DNA of 64,000 bases from the NCBI GenBank assembly GCA_000934665.2, contig KZ537969.1, positions 62,001-126,000 on the forward strand, read 5' to 3'. A program made the position numbers and the translations under genes. The notes below the pieces were generated by a model, which made no database searches, was not told the origin of the DNA, and worked only from the letters and a program-made list of their open reading frames with translations. Origin of the DNA: Catajapyx aquilonaris. Taxonomy: Eukaryota. This document shows positions 37,295-51,547 of this stretch, piece after piece (positions within the stretch are counted from its first letter, which is position 1; each line of letters starts with the position of its first letter).

Positions 37295-40200
37295 ATGGTC
37301 GCTCCCAAGAAGAGGAGGAAGTGGGGACCAGAAGTGGTCGGATGTCTCCTGGTCCTCTTCAGTATTCTGCTGGACAATACAGAAGGGGCTGTAAGTTTGA
37401 CACTTTATTGTTGCATTGAGGATACGAATGTCCCGCCGTGTCCCTGGAGCGATGGGTCCGGCGGTACCAACCTTTGCGATGTGTTTCTTAAGGGGGGAAG
37501 GGGTGGTGCTGAGATGGTGGGTGGGGGATCCATGTGGGGGGAGGAAGAAGGCATGGTGGGAGGGAGGGGGAAATAAGAAGAAGAAGAAAAAAAAAAGGAG
37601 CAGAAGAAGTCATGGGGGCCAGGGCTGGAAATAGGGTTATCGCTGGTGGACCGGTTACGTCACAAGTTATTTACGGTTTTGGAAAGAGAGCGGGTGTCGG
37701 AGATATGCAAGGGTCCGTACTGATGAACCTTGCTTCCTTCCTTCCGAGCTTCCTGTTCTCATGTTCCATTGGCCTTCGCACTTTTTGCGAAATGCGAGTC
37801 GTTGCTATAACTTATGTTGTATACATTGGACCCACGTCCGCTTTGCCGCTATGTGACTCATCACCAATGTGCATGTAGTACTAATTTCTCACTGAGAGCG
37901 GCAGTGCAGATGCCTATGCGCCATCTGGTAGGGGCTTATCGTACTACAGCTAATGTTTGCTCTTTACATGTTGAGGACCATTATCGACGCCTGATAAATT
38001 GATGCAGCCATGACTTTGAATCACATTGACGAGACAAGGGCATTACCCTCCGTGTTGTAACGTCGACCGGTTGGCAAAGCGCCCTAATGCTAACATTGTA
38101 TCACCCTGAGGTGTATCACCATCTTTTAGGATCCTGTCAGACGAGACACACCGGGAGCAATAATAATAGTGATAGCGTAGGCCGTGAAATAACTGCCGAA
38201 TCCCACTCCTGAGCAGCATCCCACGTAAGAAACTCCCAGTGAAGGCCACTCCTCAATTGGGAATTTGGCCACTCTGTCTGGAAGCAGTCTGCGTGGGCCA
38301 TTCAATTCAGCTTCAGAAGCAGGTGCACGCCGACTTATTAGCACTCGAGGAGGTCCATAGCATCGGGGGTGGCCTAAAAAAACGTACAAAAGCACAGCCT
38401 AATGAAATCATTCAAATGTGTTTATGAAGACTGACACATTTTTTGCTGGAGCTTAAAATAGTTTGGGAGCAGCCTACCGAATAACAAGTGCCTACAATTT
38501 TTTCGGGCATAAATTACACATTGCAGTTGTCCATTACGTCACTGCTTAAAAACAAGTGCACATGTTTTTGCGAAGGTCGGCCACCCTGCTATCCTGGCCT
38601 CGATGCAACCGTGTTGTTGGTTGCGTATCTTCCAGGATGATTTTCCTGAGGGAACTAAGCCAGACGGTTCATAAACATGTCAAGCAGGAATGTGAACCCT
38701 GGAGGGTACAATACAGCCTGATATTTTTTCTGGGATATGTGACCAAGGCTGTTGTTGTTTACAGGCATGTAAAGGATGCGCACCGGCCACACGCTGCGTT
38801 TGTAAAGCTGAGCCGGGTAAACCTGGAGAGATTGGATTAACAGGTTTACAAGGAACTGAAGGATTACCAGGAGATATCGGTCCTGAGGGACCTTATGGAG
38901 CACCTGGAGAGTGGGGTGACCGTGGAGATGTTGGGGCGTACGGCGAAAAAGGCTATCGAGTGAGTTTTATAGTCTTTGGCCAGGTTGCTGTATGTTAACT
39001 TCATCCGTTTTTATAGGGCGATGCTGGTGTTCCGGGCTTTCAAGGTGGCCCCGGTATCCCCGTAAGTATCAGGATGAGTTGTTACATATGGGAACGGTGT
39101 TGACTCAGCTGCTCGAATGTTGACAGGGTCTTCCTGGGTTGGAAGGCCCCGTGGGACCACCCGGGTTGGATGGCTGCAATGGTACGACAGGCAGGCCTGG
39201 CGACAGAGGAAATCCCGGATATCCGGGTTCGAGAGGACCTCCTGGAGGATTCGGACCGGTGGGACCACCAGGAGATCCTGGAGAAGGAGGAATCAACTCA
39301 GTGGGCGTGAAGGGAGACAGAGGGGATAGTGGACAACCAGGGGGACATGTGAGTATGTGCTCATGTGTGTCAGACGGTTTATATGTTTATTGCTTATTTT
39401 TTAGGGTCAGGATGGAATTCCGGGATTTACAGGACCTCCAGGGTATCAGGGACCACCTGGAGATCCGGTGAGTAAAAAGTGATTGGTGTAAACAGGCGGG
39501 TATTACTGGATTTGGCATACGCAGGGTTACGCTGGAGGTCCAGGTTATCCTGGAGAAAAAGGAGACGATGGCGAAACTAATTCTGGATACCCTGGAGTAA
39601 AAGGCGAACAGGGAGAGACCGGATCACCTGGACCGAAAGGTCAACAGCAAGTTTTCCCGCTGGACACCATTTTCTGGAAGGGACCCAGAGGTCTTCCCGG
39701 TCCTCCTGGAGACCGAGGCATCCCAGGAGAGAAAGGGTTTGAAGGCTCCAAAGGACTGGACGTAAGTTTTACCCACTTAGTCCAGTTGCTTTTATTAACA
39801 CTTCATTTCCATAGGGTGTACCTGGATTTGTTGGTTCCAAAGGGATGAAAGGGGAGAGAGGGCCAGATGGTCCTCGAGGTAAGCAAGGTCGTGATGGTCA
39901 GTCTGGCCCTTCTGGCCTCAAGGGAGCCAAGGGAGCACCTGGATATGCTGGAAGCAACGGAGCTGATGGTGGTAAAGGAGAGGGCGGAGAAGATGGCCAG
40001 CCAGGCCCACCAGGTGTCCAGGGGACACTAGGGGCTCCAGGAGAGTTTGACTACAACAGTGACGGAGTCGGAGTCCCTGGAGCTCCTGGATTCCAAGGGC
40101 CAACAGGTCAGGTTTTTGGTCTTGCACTGTATATGACCAATTAATAATGTGTGTGATTTTTGTAGGCTTGCCGGGTGAAGCTGGCGAGTCAGGATTACCC

Positions 40201-43200
40201 GGCCAACCCGGAGACCTTGGTTTCCGAGGTCCTCCAGGTCCACCGGGTCCGGAAGGTGTTCCAGGAAACCCAGGACAAAGAGGGTTGTCAATAAAGGGCG
40301 ACCCAGGAGATGACGGTACTGCTGATTTTCCCCGGATGTTGTTCCCAGATTTTGACGTTTTCTAAAATATGTGGATAGGTGTACCAGGGCCGCCGGGACG
40401 AATGGGTCCTCCAGGAGGACCTGGTCTTCCAGGTTCGGCAGGAAACAAAGGACTTCCTGGCCTGACAATTATGGGACCTCCTGGAATGGATGGGCTTCCA
40501 GGACGTGACGGATTTCCAGGACTAAGGGGAGATAGAGGAGAGGCGGGAGTTCCAGGACCAAAGGGACCTGCTGGGTTTGGCGTGCAGATTAGGGGCCCAC
40601 CTGGAGAACAAGGACTGCCTGGTCTTCCGGGCACACCGGGATTTCCGGGGCTTCCAGGACTTGATGGTGGTTCGGGATTACCGGGTATCAAAGGAGAGGA
40701 CTGCGGATATTGTCCACCGGGGTACCCAGGGGCCAAGGGAACTGATGGAGATCCTGGAATTCCTGGTGCATCGGGGCTTCCTGGATTCCACGGCTTGCCT
40801 GGAGAAAGAGGACCCAAGGGCTTAGGTGGAAAAGGAGGTCCAAGAGGATATCAAGGCCTGACAGGACGTCCTGGGTCTGCTGGTACGTGCATTTTAGATT
40901 CTTCTTGATGGTGATGCTAACTGATTGCCACTCTTGCTTATAGGACTGGCAGGAAGACAAGGTCCTCCTGGCGACCCTGGTCAGCTGGTGATGCCCCCTG
41001 ATGGCGTCAAAGGATTAAGAGGACCTGGTGGAGATCCAGGATTTCCAGGGCTGATGGGGTTGCCTGGAAGAAATGGTAACAAGGGGTTACCAGGTCCTCC
41101 TGGAGCACCTGGATACAAGGGCGACAAAGGAAATGCTGGAGATGTGGGATTGCCTGGGATGGATGGGAGGCCAGGAGAAGACGGATTGCCAGGATTGGAT
41201 GGGCCAAATGCAGATATTCCTAAGCAGTTCCTCAGGGGGGAACCTGGACTTAATGGATTCAGGTCAGTGCACTGTGACCACATATTGTTATGCAAGAAAA
41301 TCACAGTGGATGGTATAAGTAATACTGTATGTGTTATTGATTCAGAGGTCCTCGAGGGCCAACAGGAGAGAAGGGTCACAAGGGAGAGGAAGGAGATGCT
41401 GGATCTCATATCATTGTCATTGGAGAGCATGGTGATCCAGGACCACAAGGATTCAGAGGTTGTTTATTACCAATGAAGAGTTTTAATTTGAGTTGTCTGG
41501 TACTGTAGGTGTTCAGAAAGCTGATGGACATTATTTGCTTTTCTTTAGGATGGCCTGGTGACAAAGGCCATCGCGGAGACCCTGGTCCAGGAGGGTTCCC
41601 TGGATTCCCTGGAAGGAATGGAGAACCTGGCCTTAGCCAGCCTGGACCACCAGGACTGAAGGGATACCCAGGAATACCTGGTCTGGCCGGGCCTAGAGGA
41701 CCAAAGGGATTTCCAGGACGAGATGGGTTTTCAGGCGCAGACGTAAGTGATGATTTCACGACGCTACTTTTTACACATTACTGATGTGTTACTTGTTGTA
41801 CAGGGAATACCAGGCCCTAAGGGAGATCGTGGTGATCATGGCATGGGCATATTAGGGGGTGATATGGGTCCTCCAGGATTTCCTGGATCAAAAGGCGACA
41901 GAGGGGATGAAGGTCCACAAGGAGCAACGGGAAGGGATGGCTTCCCTGGATCACCAGGATACAAGGGGACCAAAGGAGCTCCTGGACTCGCTGGACTTTC
42001 AGGTCTCCGAGTAAGTACAATGTGAGTGTTACATTTCATTTGCATTGTTTTGATGACTTGAATGCGACAGGGACTTCCTGGTGATGTGGGCGATTCCTAC
42101 CCTGGACCTCCTGGACCTCGCGGAGCCCCAGGGCTGGCCCTAGGTAGAAGGGGACTCCCAGGGATTCCAGGAATTCGTGGAATAGATGGTGGTGTCGGTC
42201 CCTTGGGAGACAAAGGAATGCAAGGGGAGCCTGGACTGACTGGACTGAGGGGAATGGATGGAAATCTTGGAATACCAGGCTTGGATGGTCTTCCAGGAAG
42301 ACAGGGATTGCCTGGATTGCCTGGAACTGAAGGGGATCGTGGAACAATGGGAATTCCTGGACAAAAAGGTCCAAATGGGAGACCTGGACTGCCTGGAACA
42401 TTTGGCATTGATGGACCAAAAGGTGATCCTGGAGCTCCTGGACTAGACGGGTTGAATGGCAGGGATGGAGATGCTGTAAGCATTTGCTTTTTTAAATATT
42501 TGCAATGATCTGCACACTTCATTAATAAAATTTCAATTAAAGGGAGAATCTGGTGATCCTGGAATTCCTGGACAGAAAGGCATTCCGGGTGATGGCGGAT
42601 TTCCTGCTGTTCCTGGAGACCGTGGAGAACCAGGTATATTTCTTGATATTGATCTACCATAAATTTTGAAATTATTACTAGTACCAGTATTAGTTACAAA
42701 ATTTTAATTTTAGGTTTTCCCGGTGAGATCGGTCCCAGAGGAAACCCAGGTTTTAATGGGCTGAAAGGCCAACTAGGTGAACCAGGCGAGGTCATTGGAG
42801 GAGAACCAGGAATCCCTGGAGAAAGAGGAGAGTCTGGATTACCTGGGGTCTCAGGAAGGGGAGGGCAGAAGGTAAGTGTAGACACTGTTATTTATTTTAA
42901 TCCATATAATTATAACCTCGTCATTCTTTCAGGGTATAATGGGGGATATGGGTATCCCTGGAGAGAAAGGCATGGCAGGCAATCGCGGGTTTCCAGGCAG
43001 GCAGGGGAGACCAGGATGGTCTGGAAAGCCGGGTGGTAAGGGTATTCGAGGCTCTCCTGGATTCCCAGGGGCATTTGGCCTGAAAGGATTTTCTGGAGAG
43101 CCTGGAGAGCCAGGGTTCAGTGGACGTCCAGGACCCATAGGCGAACCTGGATTCCCTGGTGGACCTGGATTTCCTGGATTTCCTGGAGTGAAAGGAGAAC

Positions 43201-45291
43201 CAGGAGAAACTGCCCTTCTTGCATTTGGTTCACCAGGAGAGTCTGGCCTTCCAGGAGAAAAGGGACCTGTTGGCGATAGAGGTGATGCAGGGTTCTCAGG
43301 AGGACCAGGACTGAAGGTGATAAATTTTAATAATCACGTGTTTGTGTGTTGTCTATTTAGCCAACTTCTGTGAGCACCTAATAACAGTGATCATTTTAAG
43401 CTCAGTTGCATAAACGATGGTAAACTCTGGACAAGTAATGAACATGGGATCAATCACTTGTTCTGGGTTTACCTCATTTATGCAACCTGCCATATGAGAT
43501 TGATCGATTTATTTGGTAAATAATAGGGTATGAGAGGAGATGATGGAGGGCCAGGTCCTTTTGGAAGAGATGGATCCCCGGGTCCAAAGGGTCTACCAGG
43601 AGAAAAGGGTTTGCCAGGAGAAGTGGGCCCCGGGAATTTCATTATAAACAAGGGTGAGCCTGGAGATTTTGGTGCAGCTGGAAAACCAGGAAGACCAGGA
43701 GGTCCTGGGCAAAAGGGAGCACCAGGAGAGTATGGAAGGGATGGAGCTCCTGGCAGGCCTGGACCTCCAGGGTTCAGGAGAGATGGACCCAAAGGCCAAC
43801 CTGGAGACCCTGGACCATTGGGCCCATCTGGAAGCCCTGGGCTGACTGGACGAAGGGGACCACCTGGAAGATCGGGTGGTCCAGGACTAAAGGGCCCTCG
43901 TGGTGACCGTGGAAGACCATCGATCAGCTTCAGAGGGGAACCTGGAGAAGCTGGTTTAGATGGATATGACGGCTTGCCTGGAGAAAGAGGCATACCTGGA
44001 GAATCTGGCAGGGATGGATTCATTGGTCTTCCAGGAAGGCCTGGTCCAAGAGGAGGTCCAGGAGATGATGGACGTCCTGGGCTCAGAGGCATTGATGGAC
44101 GACAGGTACTGCTCAACATCTGCATCTGACTGAATTGTGGTTGTTAAATATTGTTTTAATTCAGGGTTCCAAGGGAGACATTGGTGATCCAGGACCATTG
44201 AGTACTTTCTTCAAAGGAGCCCAAGGTGACCCTGGGCTGCCTGGATTCTCGGGTCAACCTGGCCAGCCAGGCCGAAGGGGATTCCCAGGAAGAGCAGGAC
44301 AGCCAGGATTCCAAGGCGAGGCAGGAACGCCGGGTCCATCAGGACTACCTGGCTTGCAGGGGCCAAAAGGAATGCTGGGAGAGTCAGGTTTCCCTGGCAT
44401 ACCAGGAAACAGGGGGCTGCCTGGCTTCCCAGGGTCACCAGGTCCAGATGCTCTTCCAGGGCCACCACCGAGATCAAGGGGATTCTTCTTCACCCGACAC
44501 TCCCAGACTGTATTCCAACCTCCCTGCCCAGCAGGGACCACCAAACTGTGGGATGGCTACTCTTTACTTCACTTCACTGGTGATGGCAAGGCCCGTGGGC
44601 AGGATCTCGGTGCACCAGGAAGCTGCTTGTCAAAATTCTCCACCATGCCCTTCTTGTTCTGCAACCTAAACAACGTGTGCAACTACGCAAGTAGGAATGA
44701 CTACTCTTACTGGCTGTCCACTCCTGAGCCAATGCCCATGTCCATGACCCCAATCACTGGGAGGGAAATCCGCAAGTTTGTGTCCAAATGCTCCGTGTGT
44801 GAATCCACCACACATGTCATCGCAGTGCACAGCCAGACTATGGACACTCCAGATTGTCCCAGTGACTGGGAACAACTCTGGATTGGCTACTCTTTCCTTA
44901 TGGTAAGTGGGGTAATCGAGTGACTTTTTTCGTTTAGGTGTGTCAAATCTCAATTTTTGAATTTGTGTGTTTGCAGCATACTGATTCAGGTTCTGAAGGC
45001 GCTGGACAGCCCCTGGTGTCTCCAGGCTCTTGTCTGGAAGAGTTCAGGGCAGTTCCATTCATCGAATGTCATGGGCAAGGCCGATGCAACTTTTACACCA
45101 CGGCCTCATCGTACTGGCTGGCCACTATTGAGGAATATGAGCAATTCAGGAGGCCCAGGTCACAGACCCTTAAAGCAGGTGACCTCACCACTAAGGTCAG
45201 CAGGTGTGCTGTGTGCAGGCGGAAGCACAGATCCAACAACAATGGTGATCCTGACTTGCCAGATGCTCGTGAGCTGTATCTTGGGAAGTAA
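37295..45291 (+). CDS. vkg: Collagen IV alpha chain, viking-like, ~1768 aa. Exons 37295-37390, 38765-38959, 39017-39061, 39127-39348, 39405-39467, 39525-39761, 39815-40106, 40166-40315, 40379-40882, 40944-41262, 41346-41458, 41549-41742, 41804-42010, 42071-42475, 42543-42633, 42714-42871, 42933-43316, 43527-44105, 44165-44902, 44977-45291
   Basis: Signal peptide [33 protein letters not shown]-terminal [12 protein letters not shown]; Gly-X-Y domain; NC1 [13 protein letters not shown]...[12 protein letters not shown]...QTLKAG...RCAVC, resembling Drosophila Viking. All 19 introns are GT-AG and phase-consistent. Confidence 0.94.
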
Positions 45292-48200
45292 ACTTAGTCA
45301 TATTTGGGGGAGGAGAAGGGAGCAAGTGTGTCTGAAACGAGCAAATGAGAATAAATATTCCTAACACTGCCATAGGTCAAGGTCAGAGGAAGAAGGTTAA
45401 GATTGTTACTCTTTGTGGTGCATGTATGATTCGAGTGCATGAGTGTAGAGTCAGAATAAAGAGGACGGGTGGACAAGCTGATGTTAAGGGTGCTATCGTT
45501 GCATACTGCCAATAGGGGGATAATATAAGGGAAGGGTGGGGGGGGTGTCTTTTAAATAAATAAAATGGGATATAAGTTTGTAAACCCAGCCGTCAGTGTT
45601 CATACAGAGGGTAATTAAACTTTACGTCTTTACATTGCGTGTATATACTGTAAGCTTTACCCAGTGCCTCAATTTGTAATGATAGTCAGATTTAATTCAA
45701 GTTTCAAATTCTTCATGCACAGTGTTTCTTACGTGACTGGCAATAAAAATAGCTTTATATTTATCCTCACTGTGTTTGGTTCATAACAATCCCCAACCTC
45801 ATCATGATGTGAATGGACCTGTATCATTTGTAGCTGTCACACTGCCATTTTCTTTCACTGAAATAATTGTACGCATTGTATTTATCTGGAGCAGCAGTGG
45901 GTCTCATCAGTTTATGCAAGAACTGCGGCACACAAAAGTGGCTCAAAGAATTTCATGTCCGTGAGATTTTTTTTACACTTTCTCATAATTATATGAATAA
46001 AAATAAAATTTAGCATGAGAAAATTATTGCTGCGTTAGCAATCATATACTTGAGACTGACATTACAAGGCTCTTTCATACAGGTGCAAGAAGGAAAATCG
46101 TGTTCCATGTTCATGTTAATTTAGTAACTGAAGCAATTTCCTTGTGTTTTTTACGTTGTTTGTTCAGTTGATCCTGATCCTGACCTTTCCCAAGGTGCAA
46201 TGTAAGGTATGGGTAGGTAACTCAGGAAATACTTACAAGTTATCAGAGCTGTTGGTGACTTTCAGCATGGTAAGTTGTTTCGCATGTTTGACATAATATA
46301 GTGTACTGTGCTCTAGAGCTGTTGATTAATTATTCTCTCTCACACATAATTATGATGCATTAGTTTTTTATACAATACCTGAATACAACATGAAATGAGA
46401 GCTGGTGCGTCATTCTCTGGAATTTAATTTATTTAATTAATTTATTATTATGGGAGATCTGTATGTGAATAGGGAAGCTCATGGGTCATAGTACTATTCC
46501 ACCTTCATATTTATTGCAGATATATATTACACTTGATTGACAGGCCGATTTCAGTAAAAGATAAGAAGACAATCAGTTTTTAGATGTATCTTCAGAACCT
46601 CGTGACTAGACTGATAATCCTGAGATGAAGCTGATTATTATCAGTATTTAAAAAAGTATCTTAACTCATTTGCGTCAATTAGGACTCGTATCATATATTC
46701 CGTCAGATATATATGTCAAGATTTATCCTCTATGTTTGCAAACTTTCTCATGAAATCTGATAAATGTGTCATGATCATTAGAATTAAAGCCTGTCCTACC
46801 ACTTTGTTGTTTATCTCCCCGATTGTTTATCTTCATTTATACCCATGTTCCTAATCCTTGAGAATCTTATGACAATTATTGTCACGTGCATTGTGTGTAC
46901 GTGCAGAATTTCAGAACTCATCATCTCGAAATTGTGAAATGTTTGCTTTAGAGTACCGTCTTGTAGGTTTCGCAAGATACGTCGCAGTCACTGTAGATCC
47001 GACGTAATTGTCACATCATCGTCTAATATGTGCGTAACATCAGTTGTTATTTTTCCTGCTGATGACTTTTTTGCACTCTAAATTTTTGGATGGACAAGCA
47101 AAGTATGCCATGGTCAGGGTCTAGTTTTATTCAACCATTGGTGCCGTTTGGCGTCTACTACGCCATCTCATTTACATGCGACCTGCATACTATTAATTAT
47201 TATTCCTATGCCAGCAGGAGGCTAGTTGCAAGGTGTTCAGTTATTCTCCTGATCACAATCAACCACTTCAAAGTATTGTTATGCCGAACAGCGCATATGT
47301 GATAAACCTGCAGCACACTCTTACACAACATATTTAATGAGTAACGCAGTTGTTTATGAAGTGAAACGCGACTTATTGCGACATATTAGCGTAGGACAGT
47401 TACAGGATTTCCTTCCTGATTTCTTTGAGATTTTTATTTGTTTTTTTGATAGAGAACGTTGCATGTGTGTGACGTACTCTATGGCACCTGGAATGTGCAA
47501 TTATGACAAATTAGACGTTGTACCGGGAGATAACACATGTCAATGTTGGCTGCAAGAAAAGCTCTACCGTAATTGCGATATATGCACTTTGTGTGTCTTA
47601 CAGGATTCAGCTGTCAGATAAAACAAGGCACGTGGTTAATTTAAGACATGAGATAACCGTGAATTAAGTACTCTGGATTAACGTGGTATCTCTGCAGAGT
47701 TTGGCTTACGAAAATATCTTACATGAAATAATCATGGTTTTACAAATAATCTCCCAGGAAGCCTGTGGAATTTCAAGGAGAATTGAAAAAATGTTCAAAG
47801 CGATTTAGATAAGTTGAAAAAAAACAGGTAGCGCCTCAAGGGGAAACAAATTAGCGTTAAGAAAAGAAAGCCCCATCACATCAACTTCCTAGAACCATGT
47901 CCTGTTCTAGAAATAGTTAATTATGACAGTCTCGCCCAGTGACACCGCACTAATGCTTCTATTGGGGATTTCCTATTGCTGTAATGCACAGAAGGGAAAA
48001 ATAGGTCTCCATATAAGCATACACTGTGGATTTCCCGCCCATTTACATACGGCATAAATATGTGCCATGATGTAGCGTAAAAAGTGCTGCCGTACTGCAC
48101 ACCAATGAGATTTATTTCTTACATCACGCTAATGAATGCTGAAGCAGTTAATTATCAGGTGCTTAGTTAATAAACTACCGGCATCTAACGTGTAACAAGT

Positions 48201-48520
48201 CACTGCATATTTCCATTACAAGTACTTGCATTTTCTTTTTGCGATGCAGTAACATCTCAATGCCACATAATGCGGAATACAAATCAGAGAATATGCGTGA
48301 CTCCACATAGTTTGTTATATGCTTATTGTACTTCCCAGTACTTCAACGGAAATATTTTGACTGTCAATCACCATCATTTCAGCCAAGAAAATATGTGCAT
48401 GATCTCCGCCATGACAACCTGAAGCAGTAAAACACTGTAACTACAAGCACATGCAAACGTTCAGCATGCCTCATGCCATGTTTCGAAATAGTTTCACAAT
48501 AAAACAGCCGAATCGTTTTT

Positions 48521-48556
48521 AAAAATAAAAATAAAAATAAAAATAAAAATAAAAAT
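48521..48556. repeat. (AAAAAT)n microsatellite
   Basis: About six AAAAAT units. Confidence 0.9.
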
Positions 48557-49589
48557 GCAAGGATAATTTTCCTTCCGGAGTTTAACAAAATAGCGACATG
48601 CTATTGTTACACCATGACTAATTTGCATGGCCGTGAAAATCGTCCTTGGACTCACGAAAGGGGAATAACTTTACATTACATTTTTAATATACTTGTACTG
48701 CAATATGGCCCTTGCACTCTTTGGACCCAATCTGCAAACCATCACACGCAGACCTTTATGCAAAACCACCTGTTCATATGCATATGTATGGTTCGGAGCA
48801 GCGATGTCACCCCCCTGCAGGCACAGTGTTTGCATGTGGTAATACCGAAATCTACGCATTAGTTATGCACACCAGATAAATATAAACCCCAAGGTTGCAA
48901 TGCATCTGTGTTCACCACTATAGAAAGGGAGGCACATATTAGAGCATATTATCGCCCTTATATCTAGTGCCAACTATAGGCAGCTTCATTTGCAGAAAAA
49001 AAATCGTTTGGAAATAGCTTAGTAAATATCCGGCCACCTAAAAAGTGCTATCGTAATACATTTTTTTATTGTTGCGGTTGGAGAAAGTAGACGTCATCAT
49101 TAGGAAAAATTGGCGTACGTGTGTGTATAGACTGACCCACTTTTTTCTGTACTTATGACTCCTTTTCATGTGCGACGTCACGTGGAATCGTACCCTACGT
49201 GAAGTTGTGCACGCCCAAGTTGGCCTTGATGATTCTGCGGAAATGCATGAATGGGCGAAAAATCTAGAGGGGTCTCGTGCTCTCACCTAAATACGATGTC
49301 ATTACGATATGAGTAATGACGATAAATATAATGTAGCTTGTAGTAAAATGCTATTGAGGGGAACGAAAATAGACTCTGGAAGTATATAGGTAGGAAAAGT
49401 TGGAATTGCGTAATTTTGATGGAGTGACATCAAGTTACTGAGTAGACCTGACCATGATGGAGTATAGCTATATTTCATCAGTGTCAGATATGTCACATAC
49501 TATGAATGATAAGTAAAAAAAATTATATTATACTGACGTCACAATGTAAACAATTAATCTGACAAAGTAGAGAAAGTTCCACTACATTT

Positions 49590-49668
49590 GGATTACAGAA
49601 TTACATGAAGATTATAAAGGATTGTAGGGATTACACGAGGGTTATAACGGATTATAGGGATTACAGAA
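49590..49668. repeat. Degenerate ~9-11-bp tandem repeat (GGATTAYA core)
   Basis: GGATTACAGA ATTACATGAA GATTATAAAG GATTGTAGG GATTACACGAG GGTTATAAC GGATTATAG GGATTACAG. Confidence 0.7.
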
Positions 49669-50964
49669 GAAAATATGGGAGAAACATTAGTTGCGAAAAT
49701 CCAGTATGTGCAGTGAGCACTGAATTATCTATTTTTATAAATACGGTATGAAATCTTTTTGAATACCTAATAACAGCACGGTATGACTCGCTTTTATTAC
49801 ACGCGTGTTACCTACATGCCACTTTATCATTGGCGTGAGAATAATGACCCTCTAAGAAATCCTTATATTGATAAGGGTATTAGAAAATTTATGTACTGTA
49901 CAGGACATGGTTCATGTGTTGCCCAATATATTTTTGTAGACCCTACATGCTCTTAGGACTTAGGCCCGAAGTTAGACATAAGAATACAATTTCTAGGTTG
50001 AGGTATAAGCTAGTAATTTAATAGGCATCGAATTTCTTTTAATTATTTTAAACAACAGCAACTGTGCAGCATTTCAACTTGTTGGTTCTTGAATTATTGT
50101 GGACTCCTGCAGTACAGTAACACTACCATGTAATATGAATGAGCTCATTATCTGGGTACATGATAAAAAAAACCGCACAAACACCTATTTTTCCTTCTTT
50201 GTCATTACAAGATAAGCATACACACCAAATATGACTAATCCACTTTCCCCCCTTAATTACCCTACAATGAATATTCACCCAGGATCTGACTCACCCCCAT
50301 CCAGCCAAACCCACCGTTTCTCCCACGCACGCTTTCTCATTCCCCACGGTGAGTGCAACGTCCTACAAAGAAAAACCTTTTTGCTCTCAATTATGCAACC
50401 GGGTACCAAGTACAGCCTCAGTTGTCACGCAAATACGGGTTCATCGCCATGCACCTGCTCAACGTCCAACAGTACGTACCCATTTTTGTTTTTTTTTTTT
50501 TTTAAAAAAAAAAGTTCAAAAGAAACCCCGCGGGCCATTGTAGTTGTGTGGTGTCCCGTCAGATGTCTCTGTGTCTCCCCCCAAATGAAGTAGGATCATT
50601 GGCCCAGTGCCTGTGTCCCCCTGAGGGTGTTCTACGGGAAGAGATTTCGGGAGACTTTGGTGGGCTCAGAAGAAGAGGAACAAGCCCCCGTCTGTCTGGT
50701 GCCAGCGGTACCTCAGTACGCCCAGGGGAAAGAGGGGAAAGTCAGACGGCGTGACGACATGACGGACTGACAAGGGTATGTTTCGTCCAGGCCTAACTTG
50801 TGCTGGAGAAAAAATTGTCTAAGGAGTAGTTTCTCTGCTGGATAATTTACCGATATAGTTGGTCATGCAATATTAGCACTATTTTGTATGTTCACCCAGC
50901 AAGTTGTTACGTAACGGCCGGTGGGTGGAAGTTTGGCCCATACCATTACGACGCGTTACGACTA

Positions 50965-51134
50965 CACTGTAAACCGCACGACATTAAAAGAGCGTCACTG
51001 GCATTTTTAATGGACATGGGATGTACTTGTAATGCTTTTTTGTTGCTAAAAAGCATTGCAAGAAGAGCCATTAAAAATGGATTCTCCATGGGAGACTCAC
51101 CAGCGATGCCCTTTAATGTGTGTGGTTTACAGTG
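50965..51134. mobile_element. MITE, CACTGTAAACC-terminated family, copy 1
   Basis: TA-CACTGTAAACCGCACGACATTAAA...TTTAATGTGTGTGGTTTACAGTG-TA. The internal GGAGACTCACCA motif is shared with copy 2. Confidence 0.85.
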
Positions 51135-51384
51135 TAATTGTACAGGTTCCAATAAGTTATAGTTATAAGCAATAATATAGAACTAATATCAGTAATTCAT
51201 TCATTAATTACATCACAGCGTTATCCTAAAAATGGGGTAGCCAGCGACAACTAGTGTGTACACATAGTTGCCTCGGTTGACCAGTACAATGGATCCTCCG
51301 GTGACTGCTGGTCAGGCCACGCAGATAATATAAGTATATATAATAGTAATAGTGTAGTAATATTATGAGTAATAATAATGGCTA

Positions 51385-51547
51385 CACTGTAAACCGCAAA
51401 ACATTAACACAGCACTGGTGAGTCTCCCATGGATGCTTTTGTAATGCTCCAAAAAAGCATTGCAGTAGCATTAGAGGAGCATTAAAAATTGATGCAGCAT
51501 AGGAGACTCACCAATGATGCTCTTGTAATGTTTTGCGGTTTACAATG
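51385..51547. mobile_element. MITE, CACTGTAAACC-terminated family, copy 2
   Basis: TA-CACTGTAAACCGCAAAACATTA...TAATGTTTTGCGGTTTACAATG-TA, with internal inverted TGGTGAGTCTCC/GGAGACTCACCA. Confidence 0.85.

Noticed and set aside
36092..37394. Overlapping 170-240 aa ORFs upstream of the viking-like gene
   Set aside because: No recognisable domain, open in several frames, and they cross homopolymer runs; best explained as GC-rich 5' UTR or intron.
38636..38674. Possible extra viking exon after TCTTCCAG
   Set aside because: The phase-0 reading hits TAA after 12 codons; the acceptor ending at 38764 gives the expected Cys-rich start.
39011..44953. Minus-strand collagen-like ORFs (e.g. 43478-44125)
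   Set aside because: Antisense shadows of the viking-like exons, with no independent splice structure.
49590..49668. Short repeat array as CRISPR-like or telomeric sequence
   Set aside because: Units are ~10 bp, degenerate and without spacers, and are not TTAGG; the context is eukaryotic.
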